Below, in pieces: positions 13,786 to 27,649 of a stretch of 64,000 nt of DNA (position 1 is the stretch's first letter; each line of letters opens with the position of its first letter). Source of the stretch: Octopus sinensis (lineage: Eukaryota). Under the pieces are notes generated by a model. That model was not told the origin of the DNA. It saw only the letters and a program-made list of their open reading frames with translations, and did not search any database. The position numbers and the translations under genes are program-made. The stretch spans positions 46,066,001-46,130,000 of the forward strand of contig NC_043014.1 of the NCBI RefSeq assembly GCF_006345805.1, written 5' to 3'.

Positions 13786-14289
13786 GTAAGTTGGTGTGAA
13801 CAAGTGCAAATCATTTGCGTTGGGGAATAACAGATGCCACAATACTTTTTGCATCAGCGAGGATGACTATGACGTCACAGTCAAGCAGCCTCCGCCACGA
13901 CGTCGTCATCATCGTCGTCATCGTCGTTGTGGAATGTAGTCTGCAGGAGTGGACGAGGAGGGCAAAGGGGGGACTTGTAACAACAGCAGTAACAATAGCC
14001 TCAGTGGGGGTGGGGCTGTACTTCTCAATTCAACATGCTAGAAATAGCGCATGTCTTTTATTTCTCAAATCGCAATTTTAAAAAGTCAGCAGAGAGTGTC
14101 TCCTATTCAGGAACAATGTCGAGCTAAAAATAACATTTTATGCTTTAAACACACAGACGGGATGGGGACTTGAAGTCTTTTCTTCGTGGGGCCGCTTGAC
14201 AAGGGCTGACCGGGAGCAAAGCGAAAAAAATCGCATCAACGTGACAATGAGAGAGGGAGGGTGAATCTTTTCTATTCTAGGCACAAGGC

Positions 14290-14899
14290 CTGAAATTTTT
14301 GGGGAATGGGGCTAGTCGATTAGATCGACCTCAGTACGTAACTGGTACTTATTTATCGACCACAAAAGGATGAAAGGCAAAGTCGACCTCGTCGGAATTT
14401 GAACTCATATCGTAAAGACAAACGAAATGCTGCTAACCATTTCGTCCGGCCCGCCTTACACACACACACAAACACACACACGTATGTATATATATATATA
14501 TATATTCTTTTCTACTTTAGGCACAAGGCCCGAAATTTTTGGGAAGGAGGAGAGTCGATTAGATTGGCCCCAGTACGCAACTGGTACTTAATTTATCAAC
14601 CCACCCCCGAAAGGATGAAAGGTAAAGTCGACCTCGGCGGAATTTGAACTCAGAACGTAACGGCAGACGAAATACCTATTTCTTTATTACCCACAAGGGG
14701 CTAAACATAGATTGGACAAACAAGGACAGACATAGGTATTAAGTCGATTCCATCGACCCCAGTGCGTAACTGGTACTTAATTTATCGACCCCGAAAGGAT
14801 GAAAGGCAAAGTCGACCTCGGCGGAATTTGAACTCACTGCGTAACGACACTGCATAAGCATTTCTCCCGGCGTGCTAACGTTCCTGCCAGCTCGCCGCC
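14290..14899 (-). mobile_element. SINE B multimer plus related fragments
   Basis: Same consensus. Confidence 0.8.
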
Positions 14900-15554
14900 A
14901 GACAGACAGACAGACAGAGTATGGCGCGGTACTTGTTGCCTATCGGGCAATGACACTATGATTCATGTCTGTACCGAACAGTTTTCATTAAGCTCGTGGT
15001 CTTCAAATCCACTTGACGATTGCTGTGTAATAGGAATTTTGCTATTAACGGACGTGAAACAGAAACTCGTAGATCGCTTATTACCGAGAACAATTACATA
15101 ATTGTTTTTTATTTTATCTTATTATATTTTACTTGCTTCGAACATCCGACTGCGGCCATGCTGGTGCATCATCTTGAACGGTTCAGTGAATCAAACGGAT
15201 CCTCCACCACCAATATCTATTTTATAAATTTCGTACTTACTACATCGGTCTCTTTATGCCGAACTGCTAAGTTACGGGGACGTAAACACATCAACATCGG
15301 TTGTCAGGAAGAATGGGGGGAGGTAAACAGAAAAATACATACATACATACATGTACACCCCACCCCTTTTATATATAATAATTTTTTTCTTTATCTTATT
15401 ATATTTTACTTGCTTCAGATATTCGATTGCGGCCATGCTGGTGCATAATCTTGAACGGTTTAGTGGATCAAATGGGCCCTCCACCCCAATATTTATTATA
15501 TATATTTCGTACTTTATTTTATCAAATTTGCCATAGAGGCAGTACAAAGATGGG

Positions 15555-15924
15555 TAGCTTTGACTGCGGCCATGCTGGAGCACCGCCTTTAGTCAAGCAA
15601 ATCGACCCCGGGACTTATTCTTTTGTAAGCCCAGTACTTATTCTATCGGTCTCTTTTGCCGAACCGCTAAGTTACGGGGACGTAAACACACCAGCATCGG
15701 TTGTCAAGGAAATCTAGGGGGACAAACACAGACACACAAACACATACATACATATACATACATATATACGACAGGCTTCTTTCAGTTTCCGTCTACCAAA
15801 TCCACTCACAAGGCTTTGGTCGGCCCGAGGCTATAGCAGAAGACACTTGCCCAAGATGTCACGCAGTGGGACTGAACCCAGAACCATGTGGTTGGTTAGC
15901 AAGCTACTTACCACACAGCTACTC
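15555..15924 (-). mobile_element. SINE A (diverged related tails at 15100-15330 and 15385-15500)
   Basis: Same consensus. Confidence 0.85.
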
Positions 15925-15984
15925 CAGCACCACTCTTACAGAAATGATAATATTAATGCACATTTACATATTTCGGCGCTAAGC

Positions 15985-17250
15985 CTATTCTATTCTTCTT
16001 CGCCCCCAACCAGGCTGTGAGATGCCCATAGGTACTGACCCGGATCTGAACAAGTCCTTTGTAAAGGAGCCCACCACGATGGCCATGTTGACCTCCGATA
16101 TGACCTTCGCAGTCACCTGCGAAGGCCAACTCCTGCCTTCGGTCCAGGCTAAGGGCTCCTCCGTCAAGCCTCGCTTAATTAGGAAGCTTTCTATCGCCCC
16201 TCCCTTCAGAAAAAATACGACAAACTCATCTTCCCTCCTTCTGGGATGGGCCACTGCTCCCTCTGTCGGTGGCACACTTCATCGCCCTTCCTTTCAGAAA
16301 GAATGCGACAAACTCATCTTCCCTCCTTCTGGGATGGGCCACTGCTCCCTCTGTCGGTGGCACACTTCCCACCGACAGAGTTTCGGGGCATGTTGGCAGT
16401 TGATCGTCAACTGCCAGTGATGTCCCTTTCTTTTTTCCCTTTTTCTTATTTTTCCTCTTCTCGACTGGAGGGTGGAGTTTCTCCAACTTGTCCGGGAGTC
16501 CCTCCTTCCCTCCCGCCGCCTCAGAATCCATCGGTTGACAACCATCGTTGTTCACCTTCTTTCTTTTTCCTTTCAAGGGGGTGGGGGTTATCTCCTCCTC
16601 TACCTTTCCCTCCGTTGTATAATCAGGAGGTTCCGTTGGAGGAAAAACATCTTCCTCTAACTTCTTCAGTGCCCTTGCTTGGTTCTTGGAGCAATTCTTC
16701 TTTATATGGCTCGATTCCAGGCACAGGTGACTCTTGGGGGTGGGGGCGTGCCTCAAGAGTCACCGGACACCTAGAACCGGCCATCTTTAGAAAATCTGGG
16801 AAAACCAGATCTTTGGCTGATTGGGTCCATAGGGTCAAAATTGCTTTCGATCCTAGCCAATCAGCCACAGGAAGCATTCTAACATTCAAGAGCCTGGCTC
16901 CGCTGCCACCCAGACTCCGGCGGACAGTGTCCTCTATCCACTCAGGTTCTATTCCGGGTGGCAGCCCACTCACCCAGGCTCTTGTCAATTTCCTCCCACG
17001 ATATGTGGGGAGAAACAAAATTTTTTCCTCTTCCAGTGGCTGACTAGCGAAAATGCTAGCCTCCTTACGGGTGTCAAACAGCAACCACACTGTTGCAAAT
17101 TTGACACCTCTTGCAATATACTTGATAGTTGGCAGGTATTCTGCCAACTTTTTTTCGATTTCGACCTGAGAGAACACAGTAATGGTGTCAAGGGACTTGG
17201 AATATGTCCTCAACACCACCATTCTCTCATTACGGTCCTCTATCCACTGC
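15985..17250 (-). pseudogene. ORF1 relic of a second L1/Tx1-like LINE family
   Basis: FLPTYRGRKLTRAWVSGLP is similar to ORF1 at 46109. Knuckle remnant HLCLESSHIKKNC. Internal duplication of about 88 bp near 16220-16370. 5' side abuts a SINE B head. Confidence 0.7.
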
Positions 17251-17579
17251 TTCTCCCATTTCGCCCGGCGTGCTAACGTTTCTGTCAGCTCGCCGCCTTT
17301 AAAATAATCCTTTCTACTAAAGGTGCAAAGCCTGAAAGCTTTCGAGGAGGAGACTGGTCGATTACATCGACCCCTACATCTCTCTCTATATATATATGTA
17401 TTACTACGTAATATACCCAAACTGCAGTAGCTTCTCTGACGCCATTATAACCAAAAATTGAGTTCTAAGTTTCTGTGGTAGCTTATCATGCATTCATTAC
17501 TAACGACGCTCGCGCTCGCGCGCGCACACACTGGCTCTTTATTTACATATGTGTGAGTATTATTATGTATGCATACATA

Positions 17580-17972
17580 TAGGAGTGGCTGTGTGGTAAG
17601 TAGCTTGCTTACGAACCACATGGTTCCCGGTTCAGTCCCACTGCGTGGCACCATGGGCAAGTGTCTTCTGCTATAGCCCCGGGCCGACCAATGCCTTGTG
17701 AGTGGATTTGGTAGACGGAAACTGAAAGAAGCCTGTCGTATATATGTATATATATATGTGTATGTGTATGTCTGTGTTTGTCCCCCTAGCATTGCTTGGC
17801 AACCGATGCTGGTGTGTTTACGTCCCCGTCACTTAGCGGTTCGGCAAAAAGAGATCGATAGAATAAGTACTGGGCTTTCAAAATAATAAGTCCCGGGGTC
17901 GATTTGCTCGACTAAAGGCGGTGCTCCAGCATGGCCGCAGTCAAATGACTGAAACAGGTAAAAGAGTAAAAG
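17580..17972 (+). mobile_element. SINE A
   Basis: Same consensus. Confidence 0.9.
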
Positions 17973-18177
17973 AATATATGCCTGTATGTATGTATATATC
18001 TATCACTCTCACAAATACACACACTCTCACTATATATCTATACATATGTATATATATATATGTCTATATATATTTCTGGAGTATTTCTATTTTGGATGTA
18101 TCTGGGGTACTTAATTGTGCTCATGACTTAGTGTTTTGCTTCTTCCATGGGTATGAGTAAGTATCTCATTTATTTCT

Positions 18178-18246
18178 TTACCACATTTATCACTGACGAA
18201 GGGAGGGTTCTTACGAACTAACCCCGAAATCGGTCCGATATGGTAA
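18178..18246 (+). ncRNA. Type I hammerhead-like motif, slightly degenerate
   Basis: ttacca..tatca | CTGACGA a | ggg..gttc ttac gaac..ccc | GAAA | tcgg | TC | cgata tggtaa. One mismatch in stem I, and stem III is one base off a palindrome. Confidence 0.6.
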
Positions 18247-19067
18247 TAATGTAAATTTTTAGAAATTTCTGTCGGTTTTTTTCGAGTAGCGTGCGTTCTG
18301 TGAAAAATTATATGGTAATGGACAATATGTCCAATTTTTCGGCATATTTGGCATTAGAAATTTTTTTCGTTTGCCCTTATTTATAAGTTGTTTATAATTT
18401 TAACCTTTAAAAGGTATTTTTTAATATGTTGGCCATTGATAAAATTTTTTTTCGAAAAAATTTTATCCTACATTAAATATGTTTATATATATATATACCA
18501 CTTTAAAAACACCCAGTCTTCCCCAAAATTCATTTGTTCATTGTTTAAAGAATCATACGCACACACTCACTCTCTCTCACATACACACATACACACACAT
18601 ACATACATACATACATACATATATACATACATACATATATACATACATGCACACATACATATATACATACACACATACATGCACACATACATACATACAT
18701 ACATACACATACATACATACATAGATATATACATACATACATATATACATACATACATACATATATACATACACACATACATACATATATACATACATAC
18801 ATACATATATACATACATACATACATGCACACATACATACATACACACACACATACATACATACATACATACATACATACATACATACATACATACATAC
18901 ACACATACATACATACATACATACACACACACATGCAATTAAATTAAAATCAAGAAACAGCCAGACGTATCAGGTGACCATCTCGAACCTCATATGCTCG
19001 TTGTCTCCAGATTGAAGTAAACAAATATTTTTTATGAATATCTGAATTCTTGACTGCTAAAATGTCT

Positions 19068-19156
<89 letters not shown>

Positions 19157-19682
19157 CGCTTAGGCGTAGCGGTACTGTTAATCTGGTTTAGAACCCAATA
19201 TTCATATCTTTAAGAGTAAAACTTTAGTCGAGTATAGAGCAGTAATAAAAATAGTTAAGTAAATGACTAGTGAACAGGAAATGATTACGCAATGCACTAC
19301 ATTAGCTTACTGTTGTTTCTGCTATCGGACGCAGTGCACTCAGAGCTGAACGCTTGTGCGTCACATCATAGCTTCCGCTGAGTTTCTACAATGAGTATAA
19401 CGCGATATACCTCAAATACAGCAATTCACAATTTTTGGGAAGAGCTTTGAAGAACGAAGCGCTAAAGGAATATGATAAGTAATAGACACTATTTCACTGA
19501 CATCTGCCCACTTGTTTCTTTTGTTAGGCATGACCGTGTAGCAAGAAGCTCGCTTCCCCACCACATAGTTCCGGGTTCAGTCCCACTGTGTGGTACCTTG
19601 GGCAAGTAGTCTCTACTATAACCTCGGGCCGACGAAAGCCTTGCGAATGAATTAGGCAGACAGAAACAAAAAAAAGCACGTC

Positions 19683-19734
<52 letters not shown>

Positions 19735-19736
<2 letters not shown>

Positions 19737-19925
19737 CGGGAAGGTTTACGAAAATAAACAAAAGACGAAGGCAGGAGGAGTACAAACAAACAAATGTATT
19801 AGTATGGCCTCTCAGGAATAGAAATAGAAAAAGTCTTTTACGTTTCGAGCCTACGCTCTTCGACAGAAAGATACACAGAAAAGAAACAAGGAGAGAAACA
19901 AGGAGAGAAAAAAATGCGTGTAGGA
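19735..19925 (-). repeat. pLTR-like repeat with degenerate hammerhead (A6 to U); related copies at 21720-21862 (+) and 12300-12400 (-)
   Basis: Minus strand: tcttt | CTGTCGA a | gagc gtag gctc | GAAA cg TA | aaaga. Shared sequence among the three loci. Confidence 0.45.
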
Positions 19926-20003
19926 GCAAACGATCTATCATACACACACACACAAATATTTATATATGTGTGTGTGTGTGTGTGTGTGTTGTGTGTGTAT
20001 TTG

Positions 20004-20037
<34 letters not shown>

Positions 20038-20321
20038 TGTATGTATGTATGTATGTATGAATGAATACCCATAAAGATATTATTATTGTTAATATTATCT
20101 GCGGTAACTATAAATAATTGATAATAATAATAACAGCAATAATATAGGTGGTTACAGGTATCGAATAGCGTGAAATAGCTATAGATTTTAAATAAGCATT
20201 AAGCATAAGGGCGTACTAGGCGCCTTACCTGATAGAAATATGAGTTAAAACCTCAATAAAATCACCAATAACACTGAGAATATGACAGAAAGCAACAGTA
20301 AAGAAGTAAGACATATCATGT

Positions 20322-20612
20322 GAAGGCACATGGCCTAGTGGTTAGAGCAGCGGACTCGCGGTCGAGGGATCGCGAGTTCGAATCTCAGACCGGGCGATGT
20401 GTGTGTTTATGAGCAAAACACCTAAGCTCAACGTGGATCCGGCAGAAGGTAATGGCTAAACTTCTGCTGACTCTTTCGCCACAACTTTCTCTCACTCTTT
20501 CCTCCTGCATCTTGCAGCTCACCTGTGACGGACCGGCGTCCCGTCCAGGTGGGGAACCTATACGCCAAGGAAACCGGGAAACCGGCCCTTATAAGCCAGG
20601 CATGGCTCGAGA
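20322..20612 (+). mobile_element. tRNA-derived SINE family C' (second copy at 28632-28925)
   Basis: A box tggcctagtggttag, B box gagttcgaatc, 3' domain gacggaccggcgtcccgtccagg. Confidence 0.85.
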
Positions 20613-20821
20613 AGGAACAAACAAAAGACATATCATCATAGATAATGTCACTTGGATATTCTTGTATCATGATTTCAAGTTCTGGCCGTCGATCAATCAA
20701 CTCTCCCCAGCAAGACTTGACGAGGGAAAAAGTCCAAACACGCCACGCTGAATGAAGCCTGCCAGCGTTCTGACTTGTTTTGCGCAGACACGAATATAGA
20801 CATACATACATACATATACAT

Positions 20822-21003
20822 ATTCTTTTCTTTTATCTTTTACTTGTTTCAGTCATTTGACTGCGGCCATACTGGAGTACCACCTTTAGTCGAACAAATC
20901 GACACCAGGAGTTACTCTTAGTAAGGCTAGTACTTATTTTATCGGTCGAACCACTAACTTACGGGGACATAAACACAGACACAAATACACACACACACCA
21001 CAC

Positions 21004-21078
<75 letters not shown>

Positions 21079-21450
21079 CATATACATCTATATATACGAA
21101 GAGCTTCTTTCAGTTTCTGTCTTCAAATTCACTCTAGCAAGGTTTTGGTCGGCTTGAGGCTATAGCAGAGACACTTGCCCAAGGTGCCACGCTGTGGAAC
21201 TGAACTCGGAACCATGTGGTAGGTAAGCAAGATACTTACCACGCAGCCACTTATTTCGTTTACTTGTATCAGTCATTTGACTGTGGCCATGCTGGAGCAC
21301 CGCCTTTTAGTCTAAGAAATCAACCCCTGGACTTATTCTTTATCAGCCTGGTATTTATTTTATCGGTGAATTCTGCTGAACCGCTACGTTGTCAAATGAT
21401 GTTGGTGGTGGTGGTGGTGGTGGGGAGGGGGACAAACAGACACAAACGCA
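20822..21450 (-). mobile_element. Two adjacent SINE A copies (other partials: 19525-19685 +, 25010-25130 -, 26245-26465 +, 32710-32930 -, 43017-43150 +, 52680-52760 -)
   Basis: Same consensus, diverged. Confidence 0.8.
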
Positions 21451-21862
21451 CACGCACATAAATATATATATACATACATACATACATACATCTCCACTGG
21501 ACTCTTTACCTACTCTTCATCTACCATATACGGATAATTATCCTCTGGCTGCACCTCTCCTACACACGGACCACAGTGGACTCTACTCTTGAAGAGAAAT
21601 GCTTGCAATACACCATGACGTCTAAAAACCTTTGACTTTACGTAAAACTGTCCTTTTTGTTATTAGTTTATTTTTATACTTTATTTTTATATATTATTTT
21701 TATTTTTATTTTTATACTTTCTCTCTCCTTGTTTTTTCTGTGTTCTTTTCTGTACAGAGCGTAGGCTCGAAACGTAAAAGACTTTTCTATTCCTGAGCGC
21801 TTTACTACTACTCTGTTTGTTTTGTCACCACCTGTCTTCGTCTTTTGTTTTTTTCGTAAACT

Positions 21863-21962
21863 NNNNNNNNNNNNNNNNNNNNNNNNNNNNNNNNNNNNNN
21901 NNNNNNNNNNNNNNNNNNNNNNNNNNNNNNNNNNNNNNNNNNNNNNNNNNNNNNNNNNNNNN
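21863..21962. other. Assembly gap (100 N)
   Basis: Run of N. Confidence 1.
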
Positions 21963-23640
21963 TTCCCTGTGTGGCGTGTTTCCCGATTTTGTAGAATTTG
22001 CTTTCGGCTTTCTTAGCCATTTCTGTTTTGGCGACTTCAAAGCCATGAAGTCGTCGTTCTAAAAGAACGCTAGTCGCCTTGACAACGCTTACGACGTTGA
22101 TTTCCCTACCCTTCCTTCACCACAGCTTCATGAAGGAGGGGGGAAGGGGAGGAGCAACACAGATGCAGGTGCGACCATGGACGTCAACTCCGCCACCGAC
22201 AAAAATTGGAAGAAACCAGACGACAGCTTCACAGTCAAAGGACAACTCTGCCACAAACACCAGCACCATCACCACGACGACGACCACAACTACCACCATG
22301 ACCACCACCACCACTACCACAATGACCACTACCACCACTAACACCACCACCACTACCACCATGATCAGCACCACCACCATGACCACCACCACCACTACCA
22401 CCATGACCACAACCACTACTACCACCACCACTACCACCACCACAACAACCACCATGACCACCACCACCATCACAACTACCACCATGACCACCACCACTAC
22501 CACCACTACCACCATGACCACCACCACTACCACCACCACCATGACCACCACCACCATCACAACTACCACCATGACCACCACCACTACCACCACTACCACC
22601 ATGACCACCACCACTACCACCACCACCATGACCACCACCACCACCACTACCACCACGACCACTACCACCATCACCACTACCACCATGACCACCACCACTA
22701 CCACTACCACCATGACCACCACCACCACTACCACGACCACCACCACCACCACTACCACGACCACCATCACCACTACCACCATGACCACCACCACCACCAC
22801 TACCACCATGACCACCACCACCGCCGCTGCCACTACCACCATTCCGCCGTCGCTATTTCCACCGCCACCAACACCACCATACTATATCGCTGCTCTCTCC
22901 TTTTGGCTACTAAATCTATTACCATATTTCACAAGTGCCATCGCCATACAGCATTGTCTTCAAAAGTTTGTGTTTGGATAATATCTTTTATGTAAAAGTT
23001 GTGCAACAACTAAAACATTCGGTTGTGCAAATTCTTTGCACGGGAAACCTGCCCTGTGTGGCGTGATTCCAGATTTTATAGAATTTGCTTTCGGTTTTCT
23101 TAGCCATTTCTGTTTTGGTAACTTCAAAGCCATGAAGTAGTCGTTCTAAAAGAACGCTGGTCTCCTTGACAACGCTTTTCGACGTTGATTTCCCTACCCT
23201 TCCTTCACCACAGCTTCATGAAGGAGGGGGGAAGGGGAGGAGCAACACAGGTGCAGGTGCGAGCATGGACGCTAACTCCGCCACCGACAAAAATTGGAAG
23301 AACCCAGACGACAGCTTCACAGTCAAAGGACAACTCTGCCACAAACACCAGCACCATCACCACCACGACGACGACCACCACCACAATCACCATCATTATG
23401 ACCACCACCACCACTACCACCATCACCACCACCACCACCATCACCACCGCCACCGCAGCCACCACCACCGTCACCACTACCACAGTGTCTCGCTTTGCAA
23501 TTGTATCCCAGACTTGTTTTGAGACGTCTTGGCAGCGGTGTACTGCAACTGGCAGCAGAACTGAAACATACCCGCTTTTGTGAGTTTGGATAATATTTGG
23601 CACGCATGAATGACGACCCCACATTGAACATGATCCAATG
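21963..23640 (-). repeat. Tandem duplication (about 1.09-kb spacing) of a sequence shared with Helitron internal segments, each copy with an (ACC)n tract
   Basis: 21963-22270 matches 23045-23355, and both match 11320-11520. Confidence 0.8.
22270..22870. repeat. Compound (ACC/ACT/ATG)n trinucleotide tract
   Basis: Direct reading. Confidence 0.98.
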
Positions 23641-23930
23641 AACCGTAAAAAAATTAAATACAGAGAGTTACTTATTCGTAAATATAAATTAATATGTGAC
23701 GTAATTGCCCGAGGTTACTGTGGTCTTTTCGTAGGTTTTTCTTTCCAGAGACATACCTCCCCATTTCTTGGGAACTTTTTATACTGTTTCGACATTTTTT
23801 GCTTATATTCCCAACGATTTGGATCCATTTTGACCATTGTCCCCACCCTTTTTTTTCGCGCCCCTCGAAAAGAAAAGCTCTACATTGTAATTGTCCCCTC
23901 AGTGTTTAGCCCTGTGTGGCTAATAAAGAA

Positions 23931-23983
<53 letters not shown>

Positions 23984-24084
23984 GTGTCTGCCTGTCTATC
24001 TGTCTATCTATCTATCTTTGTGTCTGCCTGTCTATCTGTCTGTCTATCTATCTATCGATCTATCTAGCTATTTATATATCTATT

Positions 24085-26150
24085 TATCTACCTAGCCCTT
24101 GGTTCCTCTGCCAACAGAGAAGCATTAGCATCGGTGAAGTACACTCTTTGACCATTTTCCAGGTGCACTGCAAGCTGTTGAATGGCGGGGTGTCGTTGGT
24201 GTTGGAAAGCCAAAGATGCGCCCAAAAGCCTCGTTGCTACTTATGTACCGTCCCCCTGATAATGCGTCACCTCATCCTGGCAGTAGTCTCTTGTTGAAGT
24301 CAAACATTGCAGTGTCAGAATCCTTGTTACATATTTGCAAACGTACTTGATGGATTTAACGGAGTTGCAAAACTCAACGTTGATGTGGGCATTGAAAGTC
24401 TTTGACAGGAGTGGGCAGTATGGAACAATCCATCTATTATCAATATCGTGCTGTCCGATAGTTGCTGTGAAACCTCCGTCTTCTGGTTTTTTGCGTCTGT
24501 ATGATGGATACCCATCAGCACCTGTCTGAGTTTCTTGTAGGAACCTCCTTGGAAATCTTTTTGAACATATGCTGTCCTTCAAGCATGGTGAGTTTATGTT
24601 GAATCCACGCCCACATGGACCATGTACCATGTTTGCTTTAACTATTTCGTATAGTTCTTTGTCTAAAGCTGGATCAGGAAGCTCTGCAGAGATTATCTTG
24701 ATGTCATTGGAACTGATCTTCGCTGAGAGCCAAAGCAGGATATGAGCATGTGGAAGGCCCCTTTTTGCCACTCGATTGTGTATATGTCACATTGTATGGG
24801 CCCAAAGACTTGCCCTTTTTGTATGAGCTCCATGAGAGAGATTAACTTCAGATGGAAAACTCGGGCGTTGAGATTCCGGTTCGAATGTAAGGCAGGTTTG
24901 AAAGTGTTCCCAACAGTTAATAGTTGTAGTGGTAGAGTGTTTATGCCGAATATGTACGTATGCATGTATATATATATGTATGCCTGTATATATGTACAAA
25001 ATCCTCTGAGAAGGCTTTTGTTGGTCTGAGGCTACAGCAGAAGGCACACGCCAAGTCACCACACAGTGAGACTGAACCCAGGACCATGTGTTTGGAACGT
25101 AGTTTGTTACCACACAGCCACACCTGCCCCTATGTATGTGTGTGTGTGTGTGTGCGTATGTGTGTATGGGTAGATATATTATGCATGTATATATGTGTAT
25201 ATATATATATGTGTGTACATATTACATGTACATCTATATATATACATCTACACATAAAATACAAAATACAAAGTTATATCTTGATATCGCTAGTGATAAC
25301 AATACTCAAAATATATAACAAACTGGAATTGTAGGCCCGTCTCTTGCAATTTCGATCAATTGGATCTTGTCCTCCCTCTTGTATAGAAGTGTACGGCTGC
25401 AGCGAAATTCATTTTTGGACTTTCTTCTATCGAAGGCATTTTAACAAAAATGCTTCCGTAAAGACGGTGAAAATATTGTCAATTTTCCCAAACAGGGACA
25501 CAATTCAATTTTTAAACAATAACCAAAGCCCCTTCTCCGAAAGGGGGAGGGTTACGGTTTACAATTATTTAACAAATGCAACACAACAACGTTTACCTGA
25601 CGAGGAACCAACAAACGTGATTACAATAGTCAAACAGTAATAATAACAACAAACCTTTTTAATGTATCCCCATTTATGTGAAACCACTTATCATTGATGC
25701 AATTTTATACGAATTGCTAATACACACACACACATAATAAGGGTGAAAAAGTGAATATTAATTTGATTAATATGAATTGAAAACCAGTGGTGTAGCATAT
25801 AAGACCATAGCGGATCTTCCTCTAGCAAAAAGGATGACCACTATTAATGGTTCATCCCTGTTATATAATACTTTCATTTTAATAGTTTCAGTATTGAAAT
25901 GAAAGTGTCTGCATTACAATAGAGAGATGTTTTTGTTTCACTTTTAACACGTAATACTGAAATAGTGGAGAAGATATGATATTGCTGTGGGGTCACCCTA
26001 GGGAAAAAGTTAACATTTTTTTGCCGATGACACTCCTCGGACCTTAAGTAAGGCATGTGTAAAATTTGAATGAAATTCGTTGTGTAGTTCTCAAGTTTTA
26101 GGGAAACACACAGACAGACAGACATTCTCAGTTTTATATATATATATAGA
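24085..26150 (-). mobile_element. Decayed autonomous-type Helitron (5' end plus Rep domain), internally deleted, with SINE insertion
   Basis: 5' A^TCTATATATATATAAAACTGAG at 26150. Rep motifs ARVFHLK, IEWQK, RGLPHAHILLW, MVHGPCG, DNRWIVPY and SVKSIKYVCKY, then AVHLENGQRVYF near 24140-24175. Confidence 0.85.
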
Positions 26151-26158
26151 TATATATA

Positions 26159-26218
<60 letters not shown>

Positions 26219-26544
26219 CACATACATACAAGTATGTATGTATGTGTATTTGTGTGTGTGTGTGTGTGTCCCCAACATCGCTTGACAACAGATGCTGGTG
26301 TGCTTATGTCCCCCGTAACTTAGCGGTTCGGCAAAAGGGAGACGGTTAGAATAAGTACTAGGCTTACAAAGAATAAGTCCTGGGGTCGATTTGTTCAACT
26401 AAAGGCGGTGCTCCAGCATGGCCGCAGTCAAAATGACTGAAACAAGTAAAAGAGTAAAAAAGTAAAAGGGTATATACCCTTTAAATACCAATGTCATCGA
26501 GTATTCGTTTTCAGATGTAAAAACAGTTCGGGTGGCGGATGGTA

Positions 26545-26965
26545 GGCGGCGAGCTGGCAGAAACTTTAGCACGCCGGACGAAATGCTTAGCGGTATTTCG
26601 TCTGGCGTTACGTTCTGAGTTCAAATCCCGCCGAGGTCGACTTTGCCTTTCATCCTTTCGGGGTCGATAAATTAAGTACCAGTAATGCACTGGGGTCGAT
26701 GTAATCGACTTAATACCTATGTCTGTCCTTGTTTGTCCCCTCTGTGTTTAGCCCCTTGTGGGTAATAAAGAAATAGAAATAGGTATTTCGTCTGCCGTTA
26801 CGTTCCGAGTTCAAGTTCCGCCGAGGTCGACTTAGCCTTTCATCCTTTCTGGGTCGATAAATTAAGTACCAGTTACGCACTGGGGTCGATATAATCGACT
26901 TAATCCGTTTGTCTGTCCTTGTTTGTCCTCTCTGTGTTTAGCCCCTTGTGGGTAGTAATGAAATA
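26545..26965 (+). mobile_element. SINE B dimer
   Basis: TSD ggatggta at 26537 and 26966. Confidence 0.9.
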
Positions 26966-27167
26966 GGATGGTAGTCACGTGGTCAAAAAGTAGTTGACGA
27001 TAGATAAAAAGGTTTTGAGTGCGTTTAATTTGGTCAACGTTTTTGACTGTTGAAAGGTTTTGGGGTTTATATGTATGACTCATAAGTAAAGAACGGTGTG
27101 TATTTGCGTGTAAGTGTATGTGTGTATGTCTGCGTGTGTGTGTGTGTGTTTTCTGGGAAATGTGGTT

Positions 27168-27227
<60 letters not shown>

Positions 27228-27279
27228 TGTGTGAACATATATGAATGTATGAGGGTGTTCCGTTTGTGTGTATCTCTCT

Positions 27280-27630
27280 CTTTCTCTTTTACTTGTTTCA
27301 GTCATTTTGACTGCGGCCATGCTGGAACACCGCCTTTAGTCGAGCAAATCGACCCCGGGACTTATTCTTTTTGTAAGCCCAGTACTTGTTCTATCGGTCT
27401 CTTTTGCCGAATCGCATCGGTTGTCAAGCAATGCTAGGGAGACAAACACAGACACACAAACACATACATATAAACGACAGGCTTCTTTCAGTTTCCGTCT
27501 ACCAAATCCACTCACAAGGCATTGGTCGGCCCGGGGCTATAGCAGAAGACAGTTGCTCAAGATGCCACGCAGTGGGACTGAACCCAGAACCATGTTGTTG
27601 GTTAGCAAGCTACTTTCCACACAGCCACTC
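27280..27630 (-). mobile_element. SINE A
   Basis: Same consensus. Confidence 0.9.
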
Positions 27631-27649
27631 CAATGTGTACGTGTGTTTA

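Noticed and set aside
16246-17043. 265-aa plus-strand ORF
   Set aside because: Antisense to the LINE ORF1 relic; no recognisable motif.
17580-17660. tRNA genes at SINE heads
   Set aside because: A and B boxes run directly into SINE bodies with no intact cloverleaf or acceptor stem.
22079-22981. 300-aa Thr-rich ORF resembling a mucin, and the antisense poly-Val ORF
   Set aside because: It is an (ACC)n tract inside a duplicated repeat. The paralogous copy at 23166-23583 has a much shorter tract, and the flanks match Helitron cargo.
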